Positions 1-8,020 of a DNA stretch of 12,056 nucleotides are shown here, piece by piece. How positions within the stretch are numbered: position 1 is the stretch's first letter; each line of letters starts with the position of its first letter. Both the position numbers and the translations under genes were made by a program. The notes beneath the pieces were generated by a model. It did no database searches. It saw only the letters and a program-made list of their open reading frames with translations, and was not told where the DNA came from. Origin of the DNA: Octopus sinensis (Eukaryota); the NCBI RefSeq assembly GCF_006345805.1, contig NW_021826538.1, positions 1 to 12,056 on the forward strand, written 5' to 3'.

Positions 1-914
1 TCAGCCCCACTTGTATATTTCGTCCAGCTCACATTGCAGGTGCTTAGTGTCTTCAGAGTCTGTATTGCCTGTGAAACTTTTGTATCATCTGCATAACTGA
101 GATCGTGGCTCTCCGCGGGCGAGGACAGTCTGAGAGGGCCATTATGAACAGTAGTGGTCCCAAAACAGTGCCCTGTGGAAAACACCGCTCACTATTTGCG
201 TGCTAATGGAAGTGGCTGCTACCACCTGACTTCTATTCTTCAGAAAGTCATGAAAACCATTCCCTAGTTTTCCAACTATGCCAAGAACCACAATTGTGAC
301 ATATCATTCCATGATCAACTTTATCGAAGGCCTTTGCAAAGTCGAGATATATGACTTCCACATTTGAGTGGGTGAGCAGTTGTTTCAGCACACCCAGTCA
401 TAGTGCTGCAGGAGCTGAGTTAAGCAGCTTCTTCCTGGTCGGAAACCATGTGGGTGTCAGCAGCAAGTCATTTTCTTCAAGGAAGGTGATAATTAATTTC
501 CTTCTGACTATTCGTTCTCATGACCTTGCTGATGTGTGAGGTCAGAGAGAGATAGGTCTGTAGTTCTTGGCCTCCGCTCTGCTACCTCCTTTATGAATAT
601 GGCATATTTTACCTTCCTTCAGTTTTCCTAGATGTTTGCCAGCTGCAAGGAAGCTCTGAAAAGAGGAAATGCAGTGGTCTTGCTAGGACTCTCTTACATA
701 CTTTTAGGAGGATTGCCGGGAAATCCATCGGGGCCAATGGCTGGAGTCTGTTTCATTTCATCTATAGCCTTTATTAATGTCCTTCCTTTATATCGATGTA
801 ATTTATCGTCGCCGCCTCTGATTCATCCATGCAGTGGAAAAAAGTCAGTTGGATTGCTGATTTGGAAATGCCCAAGGGGTGAGTGAAAACACTCTTGAAT
901 TGTTTATTCAGTAT
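1..914 (-). mobile_element. 5'-truncated, frameshifted CR1/L2-group non-LTR retrotransposon (LINE) fragment, RT region; continues beyond left window edge
   Basis: Colinear with and highly similar to 9413-10316 and to the reverse complement of ~4322-5235. The minus strand encodes YADD (84-95), GTVLGPLLFIMALS and YLDFAKAFD motifs. Several indels break the frame. Similarity stops at ...ttcagtat (914), next to the TA array. Confidence 0.93.
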
Positions 915-992
915 GACATATATTATGCAATATATATATAGATATTATATATATATAATATATAATTATATATATAGGTTATATATTACAAT

Positions 993-1026
<34 letters not shown>

Positions 1027-1236
1027 TATATATGCATATCTTATAATATATATTGTATATGCATATATATATATATAGCATATAATAGATATATTATATG
1101 CATAATATATATATGCATATATTATATATATATATATGCATTTATAAAGATATATTTATATGCATATATATATATATATGCATATATATATATATATGTG
1201 CAGATATATATATATATATATATGCATATATATATA

Positions 1237-1270
<34 letters not shown>

Positions 1271-1487
1271 CATATATATATATGCATAATATATATATAT
1301 GCATATAAATATATATTATATGCATATATATATGCATATATATATATCTGCATATATATATGCATATATATATATATTGCATATATATATAGCATGCATG
1401 GATATATAATATGCATATATATGTATATATATATATGCATATATATATATATGCATATATATGCATATATATGATATATATATATGC

Positions 1488-1520
<33 letters not shown>

Positions 1521-1841
1521 ATTGCATATATAATATATATATGCAATATATATATATATATGCTAATATATATATATATTATACTATATATATGCTTATA
1601 TATATATAATATATTATATATGCTTATATATATATATATCTATATGCTATATAATATATTATATATATATATATATATGCTATATATTATATATATATAT
1701 AATATATAATATATATGGATAATATATATATATATATGTATATATGCTTCTCTATATATATCTATATATGCTTATATATATATATATATATTGCTTATAT
1801 ATATATATATATATATATGCTTATATATATATATATATATA
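915..1841. repeat. Compound (TA)n microsatellite with ATGCAT interruptions (left/middle) and ATGCTT/ATGCTA interruptions (right, from ~1560)
   Basis: Read directly from the sequence; the ORFs here are Y/I repeats. Confidence 0.97.
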
Positions 1842-2862
1842 CTTGATTTAAGCAGCAGAAAATTACCTGATTATTACTATTACTTGATTATTTATAAATG
1901 ACCCAAATAGGATGTTATATTTCTTTTATATGTCTTTCGTATATATTTAATAATGCACCATTTTTATAAAAGCAATGTTTTTTTAAAAAAAGCAATGTTG
2001 TCAAATTTAGAATGTTTATATAAATTTGTGTATAGCAAAGCATATGTATTTGTAGCATGCGTATCTGTGTATGTGTAGTGAAAGTATGCTTGTGCTTAAG
2101 CACGCATACACACGACGGTATGTATATGTATCAATTCAAACTTGTGTATGTATACTGGCCTCTATAGATGCCAATAACATCGCTACAAGTTCCCCCCACC
2201 CCTCTCTCGTTCCGTTTTCCTCTTTCCCTTCTTTCGTTCCCCCTCCTTGCCTCAGTATATGAGAATTGCTACATAGATGAATTTTAGCTTGCGTGCGAGA
2301 CGGGGTTGCGTGAATATATGTACACTGCTTTTATGTGTATAATTTAGATTATATTCATACGGTCTGTATATGTATGTATGGCGTTTACGCGCGCATCCTT
2401 TTGTGTATGTTGATATATATATGTGGATTTTAATATAAATATGTATGCAGTATTTTAAACAGGTTTAATTTCTATGCATTAATTTGTACTGTCTTCATTA
2501 ACGGCAATAGGTTTTTCCTCGGTTTTTTCCTCGGATTTTATAATTTTTATAATTTTTATAAGTTTTTATATATATATATACATATATTTTTGACCTTTTT
2601 GTTTATCGCTTCGAAGATTGACCGTTTTTTCTAAAGGGCCAATCAAACAAGTCCATTTCTTTTTAAAGGTGTAGCGTTTGTAAGAGTATAGATTGAATTA
2701 ATATATAATGTTCCATTCTAGCAAAAACTGTCTGATAACGGCAACGAGAAACTCAGAGTAACAGATTTTGTTGAATTTTTGCTGCTTAAAATAAAGCATA
2801 ACTCTACCACTGGTATTTGAGTATCTTTTTTCCACCTTGTTCCACATTTATGTGTTTACTCC

Positions 2863-2864
<2 letters not shown>
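1842..2864 (+). mobile_element. Putative non-autonomous or degenerate Penelope-like-element-derived segment (hammerhead + AATAAA near right end, short inverted copy at left end)
   Basis: Bounded by (TA)n on both sides. HHR-like fold at 2722-2770, AATAAA at 2790-2795, and an imperfect inverted repeat (1838-1864 vs 2774-2800). No coding remnant recognised, and the interior is low complexity, so the left extent is uncertain. Confidence 0.4.
2722..2770 (+). ncRNA. Degenerate minimal type I hammerhead ribozyme motif
   Basis: Stem I CAAAA-A-CTGT (2722-2731) / ACAG-A-TTTTG (2761-2770). Core CTGATAA (2732-2738, G8 replaced by A). Stem II CG-GCAA-CG plus an extra A. GAAA at 2748-2751. Near-palindromic stem III ACTC-A-GAGT. 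GUA triplet, predicted cut after 2760. Confidence 0.6.
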
Positions 2865-2897
<33 letters not shown>

Positions 2898-3039
2898 TTT
2901 TATATATATATATATGCTTATATATATATAACTTATATATATATATGCTTAATATATATATGCATATATATATAGATACTATGCATATATATATCTAGGC
3001 ATATATATATATATATATATATATAGATATATATATGCA

Positions 3040-3093
<54 letters not shown>

Positions 3094-3096
3094 TAT
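2865..3096. repeat. (TA)n microsatellite with ATGCTT then ATGCAT interruptions
   Basis: Read directly from the sequence. Confidence 0.97.
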
Positions 3097-3103
3097 CATA
3101 TTT

Positions 3104-3981
3104 AAAGCCTTCTTTAAATTTGCGAAAGAAACCACCTCGGTACACTGCAAGATTGGCCCACTCTTTGATAAAAGGGCTCTCTAACTGAGGACCCCAAGGG
3201 ATAAGTGAAATACTTAAGGAACAGTAATAAAAGTTGTTCACATCCCCTCTGGGGCACATGCAAATCACATACCCTGAAGTTTTCTTGACCCCACAACACT
3301 CCAAAACCAAACAACAAAAAACACCATCGACCACATAGACATAACAGAGAGGGATGTAATATCTGCCATAGAGAAAATGAGAATAAACTCAGCTGCTGGA
3401 CCAGATGGATTCCCAGGCAGTCCTCCTAGAAACATGCAGCATGCCCTAGCGGGACCACTGAAGAGGCTCTTCAGTGGTTCCTTGGCTAACGGTAAACTGC
3501 CCGGGCGCTAAAAGAAGGCACCATATGCCCTATCCACAAAGGAGGGAGTAGAGCAGAGCCAAAAACTACAGGCCAGTCTCCCTGACGTCACACATAAGTA
3601 AGGTCATGGAACGAATCATCAGAAAAAAAGTGATCACGTTCCTCGAAGAAACTACCGTCTCATGACACACAGCATGGCTTTAGCCAGGAAGAAGCTGCCT
3701 TACGCAGCTGTTACAACACTACGACTGGGTACTGAAACAACTACTGGATCGCTCACAGGTGGATGTGGTATATTTCGACTTTGCGAAGGCCTTTGACAAA
3801 GTCGACCACGGAGTGATATGTCACAAATTACTCAGACTCGGCATAACAGGAAAAGTAGGTGAGTGGATACATGACTTCCTGAAGGACAGAAGCCAGATGG
3901 TTGCAGCCAGTGGAGCCCTATCGGGAAAGACACCAATAGCAAGCGGGGTGCCACAGGGCACAGTCTTGGGACCCTTGCTGT
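3104..3981 (+). mobile_element. Diverged-subfamily CR1/L2-group LINE fragment (linker + N-terminal RT), truncated at both ends
   Basis: Encodes KAFFKFAKETTSVHCKIGPL (3104 on), and VVYFDFAKAFDKVDHG...SGVPQGTVLGPLL (3759-3980). Visibly more diverged from the other three copies than they are from each other. Multiple frameshifts. Ends just before the YADD region. Confidence 0.9.
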
Positions 3982-4478
3982 GTCCCAGAGAGAAAGGCCA
4001 CTGTACACAAGAACAAAATCCCCAGAGAGAGGAAAATTTTAATGAGACGGCGTACAAACATTTCAAATCGCCTAAACAAACAAATTGAAAGCAGTGAAAA
4101 GTCCCGCCTGAAAAGAAAACTGTTGGAAATTGAAAATTGTCTGCAACTCTCCCATGAAAAGGAAAGAGCAGACAAAGAAGCCTGGGCTATAGACAACATA
4201 AAAACTAACCCCAGAGCTTTCTACAGGTATGCCAAAGAAACAGCTACGGTACACTGTAGGATAGGGCCACTGCTTGAAAAGGATGGCACACTCACAGGAA
4301 AACCAATGAGGGTAAGTGAAAAACTGAATGAACAATTCAAGAGTGTTTTCACTCCACCCCTTGGGCATTTCCAAATCAGCAATCAACTGACTTCTTTACC
4401 ACTGCAGATATAAAATCAGGGCGGCGACGATAATTACATCGATATAAAGAAGACGATGTAATAAAGGCTATAGATGAA

Positions 4479-5495
4479 ATGAAAACAAACTCAGCTATTG
4501 GCCCCGATAGATTCCCGGCAATCCTCCTAAAAGTATGTAAGAGAGTCCTAGCAAGACCACTGCAGTTCCTCTTTCAGAGCTTCCTTGCAGCTGGCAAACT
4601 TCCAAGAAAACTGAAGGAAGGTAAAATATGCCCTATTCATAAAGGAGGCAGCAGAGCGGAGGCCAAGGACTACATACCTATCTCTCTAACCTCACACATC
4701 AGCAAGGTCATGGAACGAATAGTCAGAAGGAAACTAATCACATTCTTTGAAGAAAATGACTTGCTGCCTGACACCCAACATGGTTTCCGACCAGGAAGTA
4801 GCTGCTTAACTCAGCTCCTACAGCACTATGACTGGGTGCTGAAACAACTGCTCAACCACTCAAATGTGGAAGTCATATATCTCGACTTCGCAAAGGCCTT
4901 CGATAACATCGATCATGGAATGATATGTCACAAACTGCGTGATCTTGGCATAGTTGGAAAACTAGGAGAATGGCTTCATGTCTTTCTGAAGAATAGAAGT
5001 CAGGTGGTAGCAGCCAATGGGGCCACTTCCATTAGCACGCAAATAGTGAGCGGTGTTCCACAGGGCACTGTTTTGGGACCACTGCTGTTCATAATGGCCC
5101 TCTCAGACATGCCCTCAGCCACGCGGAGAGCCACGATCACAAGTTATGCAGATGATACAAAAGTTTCACAGGCAATACAGAACCCTGAAGACACTAAGCA
5201 CCTGCAACGTGAGCTAGACGAAATATACAAGTGGGCTGAAAAGAATAGCATGCAGTTCAATGCTGAAAAGTTTCAAGCTTTATACTATCAGCATGCAAAA
5301 CTGAATGCAATACCCAATGAATACACTGGACCCGGAGGGATTGCAATCCCAGAGGCAAAATCAGTGCGTGACCTGGGTATTCACATGAGTGATGACGCGA
5401 CCTTTCATGTACATGTTGCTAAACTAACAATGAAATGTAGACGGCTGGCTGGATGGATTCTTAGGACATTTAGAACAGAGAACAAGAAACCATGA
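4479..5495 (+). pseudogene. LINE ORF2 reverse transcriptase domain (uninterrupted 338-aa stretch of a frameshifted ORF2)
   Basis: Motifs PIHKGG, PISLTSHISKVMER, QHGFRPG, YLDFAKAFD, SGVPQGTVLGPLLF and YADD (5145-5156). Frame is broken upstream (~4385-4450) and by a 1-nt deletion near 5475 relative to the minus-strand copy. Confidence 0.93.
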
Positions 5496-6055
5496 TGTAC
5501 CTCTGGAGGACACTTGTCCTAAGCCACTTTGACTATTGCTCTCAGCTATGGTCACCATCCAGTGTCAAGTTGATCACAGAACTTGAGGCGATCCAACGAA
5601 GCTACACGAAGAAGATAGCCTCTGTGCAGAACACGAGCTACTGGGAGAGACTCAAGAGATTAAAGCTCTATTCCCTGGAGCGTAGGCGAGAAAGATATGC
5701 CATAATATATATCTGGAAGATCCTGGAAGGTCTTGTCCCAGACTTTGGCATCGAGAGTCACACAAACGCCAGAACCGGACGCCACTGCGTAGTACCAAGG
5801 ACTCCAAATTTGCCATCAAGATGGAGGACAAGATATTGTGATAGCCTGGGCTTCAGAGGCCCACGGCTCTTCAATATCCTCCCGAAGAACCTGAGGGACC
5901 TGCATGGTGTAGATGCGGATGTCTTTAAAGTAGGACTGGATCTCTTCCTGTCAGGTGTCCCAGATGAACCAACTTCACGGCAGGAGGTGCAGATGAGGGC
6001 AGCTGCATCGAACTCTCTCAAGCATCAGATGGCGTTTGCTAAAAAGCATCCGTGA
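5492..6055 (+). pseudogene. LINE ORF2 C-terminal region (after -1 frameshift)
   Basis: LVLSHFDYCSQLWSP...LEAIQR...Y.ERLKRLKLYSLERRRERY is a typical CR1-group ORF2 C-terminus; the homologous peptide is encoded at 8598-9161 on the minus strand. Confidence 0.88.
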
Positions 6056-6079
6056 GGTAAACCCGTGTAGCAAACCAAA

Positions 6080-6101
6080 TGGCGGTGCCCCAGCATGGCC
6101 A
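6080..6101 (+). other. LINE 3' UTR stem-loop (candidate RT recognition element)
   Basis: TGGC-G-GTGC-CCCA-GCAT-G-GCCA, inside a 30-nt block (6074-6103) identical to the reverse complement of 8549-8578. Confidence 0.55.
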
Positions 6102-6141
6102 CAACTCATTAGCTGAAACTGAAAAAATCAAAATCAAAATC

Positions 6142-6411
6142 ATATATATATATGCATATATATATATGTATATATGCATATATATATATATATGCATATA
6201 TATATATATATATATAGCATATATATATATATATGCATATACATATATATATGCATATATATGTATATGCATATATATATGCATATATATATATATATGC
6301 ATATATATGTATATATGCATATATATATGCATATATATATATATATGCATATATATATATATATATATATATATGCATATATATATATATATATGCATAT
6401 ATATATATATA

Positions 6412-6455
<44 letters not shown>

Positions 6456-6470
6456 TATATATATATATAT
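6142..6470. repeat. (TA)n microsatellite with ATGCAT interruptions
   Basis: Read directly from the sequence. Confidence 0.97.
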
Positions 6471-6548
6471 AATATTAGTTATCGCCATACTAATATGGCA
6501 TTCTTATATAAATAAGAATAAAGCTGACCGCTTATTAGCTCCATGAGG
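6471..6548 (-). repeat. 78-bp inverted partial copy of the 363-bp unit
   Basis: Reverse complement of 6704-6781 with one mismatch (TTCTTATATAAAT vs TTCTTATAAAAAT). Confidence 0.95.
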
Positions 6549-6569
6549 CGACGCCTATGGTTTGGCTAC

Positions 6570-6611
6570 GCTGCATTGAAAAGGGGCAATACCCCGAAAC
6601 GCGTCTGTAGC
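6570..6611 (+). ncRNA. Minimal type I hammerhead ribozyme, U3-A8 core variant (copy 1)
   Basis: GCTGCA (stem I) TTGAAAA (core) GGGG-CAATA-CCCC (stem II) GAAA CGCG TC | TGTAGC (stem I, 6 bp incl. one G-U). Predicted cut after C6605. Confidence 0.85.
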
Positions 6612-6932
6612 TGCCGGCCATGTAGTGTGGAGCGACTGACCTCCCTTGTTCAAAGGTTATATGGATACAGTTTGTGTATCAAATAGCTAACTTAAGGCGA
6701 TGACCTCATGGAGCTAATAAGCGGTCAGCTTTATTCTTATTTTTATAAGAATGCCATATTAGTATGGCGATAACTAATATTTTCCGGGAACGCTGCCGTT
6801 GTTCTCTTTTAGAGAGACTTAGTAATTTTAATATTTCTATTATTGAAAACAAGTGGATGTATTCCACCGAAGCTAGGTAAATAAAACCTTTGAACAGAGA
6901 TTGTAGGAAGCGACACCTACTGGTTTGGCTAC

Positions 6933-6974
6933 GCTGCATTGAAAAGGGGCAATACCCCGAAACGCGTCTGTAGC
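6933..6974 (+). ncRNA. Minimal type I hammerhead ribozyme, U3-A8 variant (copy 2)
   Basis: Identical 42-nt motif, 363 nt after copy 1; predicted cut after C6968. Confidence 0.85.
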
Positions 6975-7295
6975 CGCCGGCCAAGTAGTGTGGAGCGACT
7001 GACCTCCCTTGTTCAAAGGTTATATGGATACAGTTTGTGTATCAAATAGCTAACTTAAGGCGATGGCCTCATGGAGCTAATAAGCGGTCAGCTTTATTCT
7101 TATTTTTATAAGAATGCCATATTAGTATGGCGATAACAAATATTTTCCGGGAACGCTACCGTTGTTCTCTTTTAGAGAGACTTAGTAATTTTAATATTTC
7201 TATTATTGAAAACAAGTGGATGTATTCCACCGAAGCTAGGTAAATAAAACCTTTCAACAGAGATTGTCGGAAGCGACACCTACTGGTTTGGCTAC

Positions 7296-7337
7296 GCTGC
7301 ATTGAAAAGGGGCAATACCCCGAAACGCGTCTGTAGC
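7296..7337 (+). ncRNA. Minimal type I hammerhead ribozyme, U3-A8 variant (copy 3)
   Basis: Identical 42-nt motif, 363 nt after copy 2; predicted cut after C7331. Confidence 0.85.
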
Positions 7338-7658
7338 TGCCGGCCAAGTAGTGTGGAGCGACTGACCTCCCTTGTTCAAAGGTTATATGGATACAGTTTG
7401 TGTATCAAATAGCTAACTTAAGGCGATGACCTCATGGAGCTAATAAGCGGTCAGCTTTATTCTTATTTTTATAAGAATGCCATATTAGTATGGCGATAAC
7501 TAATATTTTCCGGGAACGCTGCCGTTGTTCTCTTTTAGAGAGACTTAGTAATTTTAATATTTCTATTATTGAAAACAAGTGGATGTATTCCACCGAAGCT
7601 AGGTAAATAAAACCTTTGAACAGAGATTGTAGGAAGCGACACCTACTGGTTTGGCTAC

Positions 7659-7700
7659 GCTGCATTGAAAAGGGGCAATACCCCGAAACGCGTCTGTAGC
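7659..7700 (+). ncRNA. Minimal type I hammerhead ribozyme, U3-A8 variant (copy 4)
   Basis: Identical 42-nt motif, 363 nt after copy 3; predicted cut after C7694. Confidence 0.85.
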
Positions 7701-7926
7701 TGCCGGCCAAGTAGTGTGGAGTGACTGACCTCCCTTGTTCAAAGGTTATATGGATACAGTTTGGTATCAATAGCTAACTTAAGGCGATGGCCTCATGGAG
7801 CTAATAAGCGGTCAGCTTTATTCTTATTTTTATAAGAATGCCATATTAGTATGGCGATAACTATTATTTTCCAGGAACGCAGCCGCTGTTCTCTTTTAGA
7901 GAGACTTAGTTATTTTAATATTTCTA

Positions 7927-7961
7927 ATATATTATATATATATGTATATATATAATGTATA

Positions 7962-8020
<59 letters not shown>

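Larger units (their letters stand above)
3979..6141 (+). mobile_element. 5'-truncated CR1/L2-group LINE with intact 3' end and (AAAATC)3 tail
   Basis: Colinear with the reverse complement of 8512-10660. Contains the RT domain, the C-terminal region, an ~85-nt 3' UTR and a simple-repeat tail (6124-6141). Confidence 0.95.
6548..7926 (+). mobile_element. Tandem array of a 363-bp hammerhead-containing unit (~3.8 copies); PLE pseudo-LTR / retrozyme-like element
   Basis: Units start at 6548, 6910, 7273 and 7636; the last is truncated at 7926. Only a few substitutions or indels between units. One HHR per unit and an inverted partial copy at the left end. The tandem repeat itself is certain; the PLE/retrozyme assignment is inferred. 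Confidence 0.8.

Noticed and set aside
351-886. Plus-strand ORFs 351-539 and 632-886; similar ORFs at 3821-4386, 5758-6021, 8524-8868 and 10235-11997
   Set aside because: Antisense or off-frame readings of LINE ORF2/ORF1 sequence.
883-1709. Many long ORFs rich in Y/I/H/C/M/A (also 2933-3334, 6039-6546, 7910-8617)
   Set aside because: Translations of stop-poor (TA)n/ATGCAT microsatellite; no coding signal.
1961-2570. Short local duplications (AAAAGCAATGTT x2 at ~1967-1999; TTTTTCCTCGG x2 and TTTTATAA x3-4 at ~2511-2570) and a pyrimidine tract at ~2181-2243
   Set aside because: Consistent with slippage in low-complexity DNA; no further structure or function supportable.
6570-7700. Perfect identity of the four HHR cores as evidence of selection
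   Set aside because: Units differ at only about a dozen positions in total, so zero changes in 42 of 363 nt is expected by chance.
6706-7770. Repeated minus-strand ORFs (MAG.YRRVSGYCPFSMQRSQ...) in the tandem array
   Set aside because: No recognisable domain; they are the antisense of the hammerhead-bearing strand and recur only because the unit repeats.
6701-7795. Alternating GATGACC / GATGGCC variant in units 1,3 vs 2,4 suggesting a dimeric higher-order repeat
   Set aside because: Single site; the other variants in units 2 and 4 are not shared.
6548-7926. CRISPR array or ordinary satellite interpretation
   Set aside because: No unique spacers, the 363-bp unit is repeated whole, and the context is eukaryotic. 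The HHR and inverted end argue against a plain satellite.
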